Position numbers and translations under genes: made by a program
Notes under the pieces: generated by a model
What the model saw: the letters and a program-made list of their open reading frames with translations, nothing else
What the model was told of the DNA's origin: nothing
The model's database searches: none
Shown here: piece by piece, positions 13,221 to 28,800 of the stretch
Numbering within the stretch: position 1 is the first letter of the stretch
Layout: each line of letters opens with the position of its first letter
From: the human T2T-CHM13v2.0 reference genome, Homo sapiens
Direction: 5' to 3' (one strand)
Length of the DNA: 64,000 nt
Assembly (NCBI RefSeq): GCF_009914755.1
Contig: NC_060925.1

Positions 13221-16200
13221 ACATCCAACGGAAAAAAACGGAATTATCGAATGGAATCGAAGAGAATCTTCGAACGGACCCGAATGGAATCATCTAATGG
13301 AATGGAATGGAATAATCCATGGACTCGAATGCAATCATCATTGAATGGAATCAAATGGAATCATTGAATGGACTCGAATGGAATAATCATTGAACGGAAT
13401 CGAATGGAATCATCATCGTATGGAAACGAATGGAATCATCCTCGAATGGAAATGAAAGGAGTCATCATCTAATGGAATTGCATGGAATCATCATAAAATG
13501 GAATCGAATGGAATCAACATCAAATGGAATCAAATGGAATCATTGAACGGAATTGAATGAAATCATCATCGAATGAATTGAATGCAATCATCGAATGGTC
13601 TCGAATGGAATCATCTTCAAATGGAATGGAATGGAATCATCGCATAGAATCGAATGGAATTATCATCGAATGGAATCGAATGGTATCAACATCAAACGGA
13701 AAAAAACGGAATTATCGAATGGAATCGAAGAGAATCATCGAACGGACCCGAATGGAATCATCTAATGGAATGGAATGGAATAATCCATGGACTCGAATGC
13801 AATCATCATCGAATGGAATCGAATGGAATCATCGAATGGACTCAAATGGAATAATCATTGAACGGAATCGAATGGAATCATCATTGGATGGAAATGAATG
13901 GAATCATCATTGAATGGAATCGAATAGAATTATGGAATGAAATCCAGTGTGATCATCATCGAATGGACCCGAATTGAATCATCATCCAACGGAAGCTAAT
14001 GGAATCAACATCGAATGAATCGAATGGAAACACCATCGAATTGAAACGAATGGAATTATCATGAAATTGAAATGGATGGACTCATCATCGAATGGATTCG
14101 AATGGAATCATCGAATAAAATTGATTGAAATCATCATCAAATGGAATCGAATGGTATCATTGAATGGAATCGAATGGAATCATCATCAGATGGAAATGAA
14201 TGGAATCGACATAGAATGGAATCGAATGTATTCATTGAATGGAATCAGTTGGAATCATCGAATGGACTGGAATGGAATCATTGAATGTACTCGAAAGGGA
14301 TCATTATTGAATGGAATTGAATGGAATCATCGAATGGTCTCGATTGGAATCATTATCAAATGGAATCGAATGGAATCACCGAATAGAATCGAATGGAACA
14401 GTCATCGCATGGACTCCAATGGAATTATCCTCAAATGGAATCGAATGGAATTATCGAATGCAATCGAATGGAATTATCGAATGCAATCGAATAGAATCAT
14501 CGAATGGACTCGAATGGAATCATCGAATGGAATGGAATGGAACAGTCAATGAACTCGAATGGAATCATCATTGAATGGAATCGAATGGAATCATCGAGTG
14601 GAATCGAATGGAATTATGATCAAATGGAATCGAATGTAATCATCATCAAATGGAATCAAAAATAACCATCATCAATTGGTATTGAATGGAATTGTCATCA
14701 AATGGAATTCAAAGGAATCATCATCAAATGGAACCGAATGCAATCCTCATTGAATGGAAATGAAAGGGGTCATCATCTAATGGAATCCCATGGAATCATC
14801 ATCAAATGGAATCGAATGGAATCATCATCAAATGGAATCTAGTGGAATCCTTGAACGGAATTGAATGGAATCGTCATCAAATGAATTGAATGCAATCATC
14901 GAATGGTCTCGAATGCAATCATCTTCTAATGGAAAGGAATGGAATCATCGCATAGAATCGAATGGAATTAACATTGAATGGACTCGAATGGAATCAACAT
15001 CAAACGGAATCAAGCGGAATTATCGAATGTAATCGAAGAGAACCATCGAATGGACTCGAATGGAATCATCTAATGGAATGGAATGGAATAATCCACGGAC
15101 TCGAATGCAATCATCATCGTATAGAATCGAATGGAATCATTGAATGGACTCGAATGGAATAATCATTGAACAGAATCGAATGGAATCATCATCGGATGGA
15201 AACGAATGGAATCATCCTCAAATGGAAATGAAAGGTGTCATCATCTAATGGCATGGCATGGAATCATCATAAAATGGAATCGAATGGAATCAACATCAAA
15301 TGGAATCAAATGGAATCATTGAACGGAATTGAATGGAATCCTCATCGAATGAATTGAATGTAATCATCGAATGGTCTCGAATGGAATCATCTTCAAATGG
15401 AATGGAATGGAATCATCTTCAAATGGAATGGAATGGAATCATCGCATAGAATCGAATGGAATTATCATCGAATGGAATCGAATGGTATCAACATCAAACG
15501 GAAAAAAACGGAATTATCGAATGGAATCGAAGAGAATCATCGAATGGACCCGAATGGAATCATCTAATGGAATGGAATGGAATAATCCATGGACTCGAAT
15601 GCAATCATCATCGAATGGAATCGAATGGAATCATCGAATGGACTCGAATGGAATAATCATTGAACGGAATCGAATGGAATCATCATCGGATAGAAACGAA
15701 TGGAATCATCGTCGAATGGAAATGAAAGGAGACATGTAATGGAATTGCATGGAATCATCATAAAATGGAATCGAATGGAATCAACATCAAATGGAATCCA
15801 ATGGAATCATTGAACGGAATTGAATGGAATCGTCATCGAATCAATTGAATGCAATCATCGAATGGTCTTGAATGGAATCATGTTCAAATGGAATGGAATG
15901 GAATCATCGCATAGAATCGAATGGAATTATCATCGAATGGAATCGAATGAAATCAAAAACAAACGGAAATAAAAGGAATTATCGAATGGAATCGAAGAGA
16001 ATCATCGAATGGACCCGAATGGAATCATCTAATGGAATGGAATGGAATAATCCATGGTCTCGAATGCAATCATCATCGAATGGAATCGAATGGAATCATC
16101 GAATGGACTCGAATGGAATAATCATCGAACGGAATCGAATGGAATCATCATCGGATGGAAATGAATGGAATCATCATCGAATGGAATCGAATAGAATTAT

Positions 16201-17019
16201 GGAATGAAATCCAGTGTGATCATCATCGAATGGACCCGAATGGAATCATCATCCAACGGAAGCTAATGGAATCAACATCGAATGAATCGAATGGAAACAC
16301 CATCGAATTGAAACGAATGGAATTATCATGAAATTGAAATGGATGGACTCATCATCGAATGGATTCGAATGGAATCATCGAATAAAATTGATTGAAATCA
16401 TCATCAAATGGAATCGAATGGTATCATTGAATGGAATCGAAAGGAATCATCATCAGATGGAAATGAATGGAATCGTCATAGAATGGAATCGAATGGATTC
16501 ATTGAATGGAATCAGATGGAATCATCGAATGGACTGGAATGGAATCATTGAATGGACTCGAGAGGGATCATTATTGAATGGAATTGAATGGAATCATGGA
16601 ATGGTCTCGATTGGAATCATTATCAAATGGAATCGAATGGAATCACCGAATAGAATCGAATGGAACAATCATCGAATGGACTCCAATGGAATTATCCTCA
16701 AATGGAATCGAATGGAATTATCGAATGCAATCGAATGGAATTATCGAATGCAATCGAATAGAATCATCGAATGGACTCGAATGGAATCATCGAATGGAAT
16801 GGAATGGAACAGTCAATGAACTCGAATGGAATCATCATTGAATGGAATCGAATGGAATCATCGAGTGGAATCGAATGGAATTATGATCAAATGGAATCGA
16901 ATGTAATCATCATCAAATGGAATAAAAAATAACCATCATCAATTGGTATTGAATGGAATTGTCATGAAATGGAATTCAAAGGAATCATCATCAAATGGAA
17001 CCGAATGGAATCCTCATTG

Positions 17020-19850
17020 AATGGAAATGAAAGGGGTCATCATCTAATGGAATCCCATGGAATCATCATCAAATGGAATCGAATGGAATCAACATCAAAT
17101 GGAATCAAATGGAATCATTGAACGGAATTGAATGGAATCGTCATCGAATGAATTGAATGCAATCATCGAATGGTCTCGAATGAAATCATCTTCTAATGGA
17201 ATGGAATGGAATCATCGCATAGAATCGAATGGAATTATCATCGAATGGAATCGAATGGTATCAACATCAAACGGAAAAAAACGGAATTATCGAATGGAAT
17301 CGAAGAGAATCATCGAACGGACCCGAATGGAATCATCTAATGGAATGGAATGGAATAATCCATGCACTCGAATGCAATCATCATCGAATGGAATCGAATG
17401 GAATCATTGAATGGACTCGAATGGAGTAATCATTGAACGGAATCGAATGGAATCATCATGGGATGGAAACGAATGGAATCATCATCGAATGGAAATGAAA
17501 GGAGTCATCATCTAATGGAATTGCATGAAATCATCATAAAATGGAATCGAATGGAATCAACATCAAATGGAATCAAATGGAATCATTGAACGGAATTGAA
17601 TGAAATCATCATCGAATGAATTGAATGCAATCATCGAATGGTCTCGAATGGAATCATCTTCAAATGGAACGGAATGGAATCATCGCATAGAATCGAATGG
17701 AATTATCATCGAATGGAATCGAATGGTATCAACATCAAACGGAAAAAAACGGAATTATCGAATGGAATCGAAGAGAATCATCGAACGGACCCGAATGGAA
17801 TCATCTAATGGAATGGAATGGAATAATCCATGGACTCGAATGCAATCATCATCGAATGGAATCGAATGGAATCATCGAATGGACTCAAATAGAATAATCA
17901 TTGAACGGAATCGAATGGAATCATCATCGGATGGAAACGAATGGAATCATCATCGAATGGAAATGAAAGGAGTCATCATCTAATGGAATTGCATGGAATC
18001 ATCATAAAATGGAATCGAATGGAATCAACATCAAATGGAATCAAATGGAATCATTGAACGGAATTGAATGGAATCGTCATCGAATGAATTGAATGTAATC
18101 ATCGAATGGTCTCGAATGGAATCATCTTCAAATGGAATGGAATGGAATCATCTTCAAATGGAATGGAATGGAATCATCGCATAGAATCGAATGGAATTAT
18201 CATCGAATGGAATCGAATGGTATCAACATCAAACGGAAAAAAACGGAATTATCGAATGGAATCGAAGAGAATCATCAAATGGACAAGAATGGAATCATCT
18301 AATGGAATGGAATGGAATAATCCATGGACTCGAATGCAATCATCATCGAATGGAATCGAATGGAATCATCGAATGTACTCGAATGGAATAATCACTGAAC
18401 GGAATCGAATGGAATCATCATCGGATGGAAACGAATGGAATCATCATCGAATGGAAATGAAAGGAGTCATGTAATGGAATTGCATGGAATCATCATAAAA
18501 TGGAATCGAATGGAATCAACATCAAATGGAATCCAATGGAATCATAGAACAGAATTGAATGGAATCGTCATCGAATCAATTGAATGCAATCATCGAATGG
18601 TCTCGAATGGAATCATGTTCAAATGGAATGCAATGGAATCATCGCATAGAATCGAATGTAATTATCATCGAATGGAATCGAATGAAATCAACCACAAACG
18701 GAAATAAAAGGAATTATCGAATGGAATCGAAGAGAATCATCGAATGGACCCGAATGGAATCATCTAATGTAATGGAATGGAATAATCCATGGACTCGAAT
18801 GCAATCATCATCGAATGGAATCGAATGGAATCATCGAATGGACTCGAATGGAGTAATCGTTGAACGGAATCGAATGGAATCATCATCGGATGGAAACGAA
18901 TTGAATCATCATCGAATGGAAATGAAAGGAGTCATGTAATGGAATTGCATGGAATCATCATAAAATGGAATCGAATGGAATCAACATCAAATGGAATCCA
19001 ATGGAATCATTGAACGGAATTGAATGGAATCGTCATCGAATGAATTGAATGCAATCATCGAATGGTCTCGAATGGAATCATCTTCAAATGGAATGGAATG
19101 GAATCATCGCATAGAATCGAATGGAATTATCATCGAATGGAGTCGAATGGTATCAACATCAAACGGAAAAAAACGGAATTATCGAATGGAATCGAAGAGA
19201 ATCATCGAACGGTCCCGAATGGAATCATCTAATGGAATGGAATGGAATAATCCATGGACTCGAATGCAATCATCATCGAATGGAATCGAATGGAATCATC
19301 GAATGGACTCGAATGGAATAATCATTGAACAGAATCGAATGGAATCATCATCGGATGGAAACGAATGGAATCATCATCGAATGGAAATGAAAGGAGTCAT
19401 CATCTAATGGAATTGCATGGAATCATCATAAAATGGAATCGAATGGAATGAACATCAAATGGAATCAAATGGAATCATTGAACGGAATTGAATGGAATCG
19501 TCATCAAATGAATTGAATGCAATCATCGAATGGTCTCGAATGGAATCATCTTCTAATGGAAAGTAATGGAATCATCGCATAGAATCGAATGGAATTAAAA
19601 TTGAATGGACTCGAATGGAATCAACATCAAACGGAAAAAAACGGAATTATCGAATGGAATCGAAGAGAATCATCGAATGGACCCGAATGGAATCATCTAA
19701 TGGAATGGAATGGAATAATCCATGGACTCGAATGCAATCATCATCGAATGGAATCGAATGGAATCATCGAATGGACTCGAATGGAATAATCATCGAACGG
19801 AATCGAATGGAATCATCATCGGATGGAAATGAATAGAATCATCATCGAAT
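17020..19850. repeat. Six tandem 468-bp modules within a single 3668-bp unit
   Basis: Module anchors at 17132, 17600, 18068, 18559, 19024 and 19492 with no core markers between them. Confidence 0.88.
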
Positions 19851-22800
19851 GGAATCGAATAGAATTATGGAATGAAATCCAGTGTGATCATCATCGAATG
19901 GACCCGAATGGAATCATCATCCAACGGAAGCTAATGGAATCAACATCGAATGAATCTAATGGAAACACCATCGAATTGAAACGAATGGAATTATCATGAA
20001 ATTGAAATGGATGGACTCATCATCGAATGGATTCGAATGGAATCATCGAATAAAATTGATTGAAATCATCATCCAATGGAATCGAATGGTATCATTGAAT
20101 GGAATCGAATGGAATCATCATCAGATGGAAATGAATGGAATCGTCATAGAATGGAATCGAATGGATTCATTGAATGGAATCAGATGGAATCATCGAATGG
20201 ACTGGAATGGAATCACTGAATGGACTCGAAAGGGATCGTCATTGAATGGAATTGAATGGAATCATCGAATGGTCTCGATTGGAATCATTATCAAATGGAA
20301 TCGAATGAAATCACCGAATAGAATCGAATGGAACAATCATCGAATGGACTCAAATGGAATTATCTTCAAATGGAATGGAATGGAATTATCGAATGCAATC
20401 GAATGGAATTATCGAATGCAATCGAATAGAATCATCGAATGGACTCGAATGGAATCATCGAATGGAATGGAATGGAACAGTCAATGAACTCGAATGGAAT
20501 CATCATTGAATGGAATCGAATGGAATCATCGAGTGGAATCGAATGGAATTATGATCAAATGGAATCGAATGTAATCATCATCAAATGGAATCAAAAATAA
20601 CCATCATCAATTGGTATTGAATGGATTTGTCATCAAATGGAATTCAAAGGAATCATCATCAAATGGAACCGAATGGAATCCTCATTGAATGGAAATGAAA
20701 GGGGTCATCATCTAATGGAATCGCATGGAATCATCATCAAATGGAATCGAATACAATCTTCATCAAATGGAATCTAATGGAATCATTGAACAGAATTGAA
20801 TGGAATCGTCATCGAATGAATTGAATGCAATCATCGAATGGTCTCGAATGGAATCATCTTCTAATGGAAAGGAATGGAATCATCGCATAGAATCGAATGG
20901 AATTAACATTGAATGGACTCGAATGGAATCAACATCTAACGGAATCAAGGGGAATTATCGAATGTAATCGAAGAGAACCATCGAATGGACTCGAATGGAA
21001 TCATCTAATGGAATGGAATGGAATAATCCACGGACTCGAATGCAATCATCATCGTATAGAATCGAATGGAATCATTGAATGGACTCGAATGGAATCATCA
21101 TTCAACGGAATCGAATGGAATCATCATCGGATGGAAACGAATGGAATCATCATCGAATGGAAATGAAAGGAGTCATCATCTAATGGAATTGCATGAAATC
21201 ATCGTCAAATGGAATCGAATGGAATCAACATCAAATGGAATCAAATGGAATCATTGAACGGAATTGAATGGAATCGTCATCGAATGAATTGAATGCAATC
21301 ATCGAATGGTCTCGAATGGTATCATCTTCAAATGGAATGGAATGGAATCATCGCATAGAATCGAATGGAATTATCATCGAATGGAATCGAATGGAATCAA
21401 CATCAAACGGAATCAAGCGGAATTATCGAATGTAATCGAAGAGAACCATCGAATGGACTCGAATGGAATCATCTAATGGAATGGAATGGAATAATCCCCG
21501 GACTCGAATGCAATCATCCTCGTATAGAATCGAATGCAATCATTGAATGGACTCGAATGGAATAATCATTGAACGGAATCGAATGGAATCATCATCGGAT
21601 GGAAACGAATGGAATCATCATCGAATGGAAATGAAAGGAGTCATCATCTAATGGAATTGCATGCAATCATCATAAAATGGAATCGAATGGAATCAACATC
21701 AAATGGAATCAAATGGAATCATTGAACGGAATTGAATGGAATCGTCATCGAATGAATTGAATGCAATCATCCAATGGTCTCGAATGGAATCATCTTCAAA
21801 TGGAATGGAATGGAATCATCGCATAGAATCAAATGGAATTATCATCGAATGTTATTGAATGGTATCAACAACAAACGGAACAAAACGGAATTATCGAATG
21901 GAATCGAAGAGAATCATCGAACGGACCCGAATGGAATCATCTAATGGAATGGAATGGAATAATCCGTGGACTCGAATGCAATCATCATCGAATGGAATCG
22001 AATGGAATCATCGAATGGAACCGAATGGAATAATCATTGAACGGAATCGAATGGAATCATCATCGGATGGAAACGAAAGGAATCATCATCTAATGGAAAT
22101 GAAAGGAGTCATCTAATGGAATTGCACGGAATCAACATAAAATGGAATCGAATGGAATCAACATCAAATGGAATCAAATGGAATCATTGAACAGAATTGA
22201 ATGGAATAGTCATCGAATGAATTGAATGCAATCATCGAATGGTCTCGAATGGAATCATCTTCAAATGGAATGGAATGGAATCATCGCATAGAATCGAATG
22301 GAGTTATCATCGAATGGAATCGAATGGAATCAACATCAAACGGATAAAAACGGAATTATCGAATGGAATCGAAGGGAATCATCGAACGGACCCGAATGGA
22401 ATCATCTAATGGAATGGAATGGAATAATCCATGGACTCGAATGCAATCATCATCGAATGGAATCGAATGGAATCATCGAATGGACTCGAAATGAATAATC
22501 ATTGAACGGAATCGAATGGAATCATCATCGGATGGAAACGAATGGAATCATCATCGAATGGAAATGAAAGGAGTCATCTAATGGAATTGCACGGAATCAA
22601 CATAAAATGGAATCGAATGGAATCAACATCAAATGGAATCAAACGGAATCATTGAACGGAATTGAATGGAATTGTCATCGAATGAATTGAATGCAATCAT
22701 CGAATGGTCTCGAATGGAATCAGCTTCAAATGGAATGGAATGGAATCATCGCATAGAATCGAATGGAATTATCATCGAATGGAATCGAATGGAATCAACA

Positions 22801-25800
22801 TCAAACGAAAAATCGGAATTATCGTATGGAATCGAATGGAATCATCGAATGGACTCGAATGGAATAATCATCCAACGGAATCGAATGGAGTCATCATCAG
22901 ATGGAAATGAATGGAATCATCATCGAATGGAATCGAATAGAATTATGGAATGAAATCCAGTGTGATCATCATCGAATGGACCCGAATGGAATCATCATCC
23001 AACGGAAGCTAATGGAATCAACATCGAATGAATCGAATGGAAACACCATCGAATTGGAACGAATGGAATTATCATGAAATTGAAATGGATGGACTCATCA
23101 TCGAATGGATTCGAATGGAATCATCGAATAAAATTGATTGAAATCATCATCTAATGGAATCGAATGGTATCATTGAATGGAATCGAATGGAATCATCATC
23201 AGATGGAAATGAATGGAATCGTCATAGAATGGAATCGAATGGATTCATTGAATGGAATCAGATGGAATCATCGAATGGACTGGAATGGAATCATTGAATG
23301 GACTCGAAAGGGATCTTTATTGAATGGAATTGAATGGAATCATCGAGTGGTCTCGATTGGAGTCATTATCAAATGGAATCGAATGGAATCACCGAATAGA
23401 ATCGAATGGAACAATCATCGAATGGACTCAAATGGAATTATCCTCAAACGGAATCGAATGGAATTATCGAATGCAATCGAATGGAATTATCGAATGCAAT
23501 CGAATAGAATCATCGAATGGACTCGAATGGAATCATCGAATGGAATGGAATGGAACAGTCAATGAACTCGAATGGAATCATCATTGAATGGAATCGAATG
23601 GAATCATCGAGTGCAATCGAATGGAATTATGATCAAAGGGAATCGAATGTAATCATCATCAAATGGAATCAAAAATAACCATCATCAATTGGTATTGAAT
23701 GGAATTGTCATCAAATGGAATTCAAAGGAATCATCACCAAATGGAACCGAATGGATTCCTCATTGAATGGAAATGAAAGGGGTCATCATCTAATGGAATC
23801 GCATGGAATCATCATCAAATGGAATCGAATGGAATCATCATCAAATGGAATCTAATGGAATCATTGAACAGAATTGAATGGAATCGTCATCGAATGAATT
23901 GAATGCAATCATCTAATGGTCTCGAATGGAATCATCTTCTAATGGAAAGGAATGGAATCATCGCATAGAATCGAATGGAATTAACATTGAATGGACTCGA
24001 ATGGAATCAACATCAAACGGAATCAAGCGGAATTATCGAATGGAATCGAAGAGAATCATCGAATGGACTCGAATGGAATCATCTAATGGAATGGACTGGA
24101 ATAATCAACGGACTCGAATGCAATAATCATCGTATAGAATCGAATGGAATCATCGAATGGACTCGAATGGAATAATCATTGAAAGAATCGAATGGAATCA
24201 TCATCGGATGGAAACGAATGGAATCATCATCGAATGGAAATGAAAGGAGTCATCTAATGGAATTGCATGAAATCATCATCAAATGGAATCGAATGGAATC
24301 AACATCAAATGGAATCAAATGGAATCATTGAACGGAATTGAATGGAATCGTCATCGAATGAATTGAATGCAATCATCGAATGGTCTCGAATGGAATCATC
24401 TTCAAATGGAATGGAATGGAATCATCGCATAGAATCGAATGGAATTAACATTGAATGGACTCGAATGGAATCATCTAATGGAATGGAATGGAATAATCCC
24501 CGGACTCGAATGCAATCATCATCGTATAGAATCGAATGCAATCATTGAATGGACTCGAATGGAATAATCATTGAACGGAATCGAATGGAATCATCATCGG
24601 ATGGAAACGAATGGAATCATCATCGAATGGAAATGAAAGGAGTCATCATCTAATGGAATTGCATGCAATCATCATAAAATGGAATCGAATGGAATCAACA
24701 TCAAATGGAATCAAATGGAATCATTGAACGGAATTGAATGGAATCGTCATCGAATGAATTGAATGCAATCATCCAATGGTCTCGAATGGAATCATCTTCA
24801 AATGGAATGGAATGGAATCATCGCATAGAATCGAATGGAATTATCATCGAATGTTATCGAATGGTATCAACAACAAACGGAACAAAACGGAATTATCGAA
24901 TGGAATCGAAGAGAATCATCGAACGGACCCGATTGGAATCATCTAATGGAATGGAATGGAATAATCCATGGACTCGAATGCAATCATCATCGAATGGAAT
25001 CGAATGGAATCATCGAATGGACTCGAAATGAATAATCATTGAACGGAATCGAATGGAATCATCATCGGATGGAAACGAATGGAATCATCATCGAATGGAA
25101 ATGAAAGGATTCATCATCTAATGGAATTGCATGGAATCACCATAAAATGGAATCGAATGGAATCAACATCAAATGGAATCAAATGGAATCATTGAACGGA
25201 ATTGAATGGAATCTTCATCGAATGAATTGAATGCAATCATCGAATGGTCTCGAATGGAATCATCTTCAAATGGAATGGAATGGAATCATCGCATAGAATC
25301 GAATGGAATTATCATCGAATGGAATCGAATGGAATCAACATCAAACGAAAAAATCGGAATTATCGTATGGAGTCGAATGGAATCATCGAATGGACTCGAA
25401 TGGAATAATCATCCAACGGAATCGAATGGAGTCATCATCAGATGGAAATGAATGGAATCATCATCGAATGGAATCGAATAGAATTATGGAATGAAATCCA
25501 GTGTGATCATCATCGAATGGACCCGAATGGAATCATCATCCAACGGAAGCTAATGGAATCAACATCGAATGAATCGAATGGAAACACCATCGAATTGAAA
25601 CGAATGGAATTATCATGAAATTGAAATGGATGGACTCATCATCGAATGGATTCGAATGGAATCATCGAATAAAATTGATTGAAATCATCATCAAATGGAA
25701 TCGAATGGTATCATTGAATGGAATCGAATGGAATCATCATCAGATGGAAATGAATGGAATCGTCATAGAATGGAATCGAATGGATTCATTGAATGGAATC

Positions 25801-28800
25801 AGATGGAATCATCGAATGGACTGGAATGGAATCATTGAATGGACTCGAAAGGATTCATTATTGAATGGAATTGAATGGAATCATCGAATGGTCTCGATTG
25901 GAATCATTATCAAATGGAACCGAATGGAATCACCGAATAGAATCGAATGGAACAATCATCGAATGGACTCAAATGGAATTATCCTCCAATGGAATCGAAT
26001 GGAAATATCGAATGCAATCGAATGGAATTATCGAATGCAATCGAATAGAATGATCGAATGGACTCGAATGGAATCATCGAATGGAATGGAATGGAACAGT
26101 CAATGAACTCGAATGGAATCATCATTGAATGGAATCGAATGGAATCATCGAGTGGAATCGAATGGAATTATGATCAAATGGAATCGAATGTAATCATCAT
26201 CAAATGGAATCGAAAATAACCATCATCAATTGGTATTGAATGGAATTGTCATCAAATGGAATTCAAAGGAATCATCATCAAATGGAACCGAATGGAATCC
26301 TCATTGAATGGAAATGAAAGGGGTCATCATCTAATGGAATCGCATGGAATCATCATCAAATGGAATCGAATGGAATCATCATCAAATGGAATCTAATGGA
26401 ATCATTGAACAGAATTGAATGGAATCGTCATCGAATGAATTGAATGCAATCATCGAATGGTCTCGAATGGAATCATCTTCAAATGGAATGGAATGGAATC
26501 ATCGCATAGAATCGAATGGAATTAACATTGAATGGACTCGAATGGAATCATCTAATGGAATGGAATGGAATAATCCCCGGACTCGAATGCAATCATCATC
26601 GTATAGAATCGAATGCAATCATTGAATGGACTCGAATGGAATAATCATTGAACGGAATCGAATGGAATCATCATCGGATGGAAACGAATGGAATCATCAT
26701 CGAATGGAAATGAAAGGAGTCATCATCTAATGGAATTGCATGCAATCATCATAAAATGGAATCGAATGGAATCAACATCAAATGGAATCAAATGGAATCA
26801 TTGAACGGAATTGAATGGAATCGTCATCGAAGAATTGAATGCAATCATCGAATGGTCTCCAATGGAATCATCTTCAAATGGAATGGAATGGAATCATCGC
26901 ATAGAATCGAATGGAATTATCATCGAATGTTATCGAATGGTATAAACAACAAACGGAACAAAACGGAATTATCGAATGGAATCGAAGAGAATCATCGAAC
27001 GGACCCGAATGGAATCATCTAATGGAATGGAATGGAATAATCCATGGACTCGAATGCAATCATCATCGAATGGAATCGAATGGAATCATCGAATGGAACT
27101 TAACGGAATAATCATTGAACGGAATCGAATGGAATCATCATCGGATGGAAACGAATGGAATCATCATCGAAAGGAAATGAAAGGAGTCATCTAATGGAAT
27201 TGCACGGAATCAACATAAAATGGAATCGAATGGAATCAACATCAAATGGAATCAAATGGAATCATTGAACGGAATTGAATGGAATAGTCATCGAATGAAT
27301 TGTATGCAATCATCGAATGGTCTCCAATGGAATCATCTTCAAATGGAATGGAATGGAATCATCGCATAGAATCGAATGGAATTATCATCGAATGGAATCG
27401 AATGGAATCAACATCAAACGGAAAAAAACGGAATTATCGAATGGAATCGAAGAGAATCATCGAATGGTCCCGAATGGAATCATCTAATGGAATGGAATGG
27501 AATAATCCATAGACTCGAATGCAATCATCATCGAATGGAATCGAATGGAATCATCAAATGGACTCGAATGGAATAATCATTGAACGGAATCGAATGGAAT
27601 CATCATCGGATGGAAATGAATGGAATCATCATCGAATGGAATCGAATAGAATTATGGAATGAAATCCAGTGTCGTCATCATCGTATGGACCCAAATGGAA
27701 TCATCATCCAACGGAAGCTAATGGAATCAACATCGAATGAATCGAATGGAAACACCATCGAATTGAAACGAGTGGAATTATCATGAAATTGAAATGGATG
27801 GACTCATCATCGAATGGATTCGAATGGAATCATCGAATAAAATTGATTGAAATCATCATCAAATGGAATCGAATGGTATCATTGAATGGAATCGAATGGA
27901 ATCATCATCAGATGGAAATGAATGGAATCGTCATAGAATGGAATCGAATGGATTCATTGAATGGAATCAGATGGAATCTTCGAATGGACTGGAATGGAAT
28001 CATTGAATGGACTCGAAAGGGATCATTATTGAATGGAATTGAATGGAATCATCGAATGGTCTCGATTGGAATCATTATCAAATGGAATCGAATGGAATCA
28101 CCGAATAGAATTGAATGGAACAATCATCGAATGGACTCAAATGAAATTATCCTCAAGTGGAATCGAATGGAATTATCGAATGCAATCGAATGGAATTATC
28201 GAATGCAATCGAATAGAATCATCGAATGGACTCGAATGGAATCATCGAATGGAATGGAATGGAACAGTCAATGAACTCGAATGGAATCATCATTGAATGG
28301 AATCGAATGGAATCATCGAGTGGAATCGAATGGAATTATGATCAAATGGAATCGAATGTAATCATCAACAAATGGAATCAAAGATAACCATCATCAATTG
28401 GTATTGAATGGAATTGTCATCAAATGGAATTCAAAGGAATCATCACCAAATGGAACCGAATGGAATCCTCATTGAATGGAAATGAAAGGGGTCATCATCT
28501 AATGGAATCGCATGGAATCATCATCAAATGGAATCGAATGGAATCATCATCAAATGGAATCTAATGGAATCATTGAACAGAATTGAATGGAATCGTCATC
28601 GAATGAATTGAATGCAATCATCGAATGGTCTCAAATGGAATCATCTTCTAATGGAAAGGAATGGAATCATCGCATAGAATCGAATGGAATTAACATTGAA
28701 TGGACTCGAATGGAATCAACATCAAACGGAATGAAGCGGAATTATCGAACGGAATCGAAGAGAATCATCGAATGGACTCGAATGGAATCATCTAATGGAA

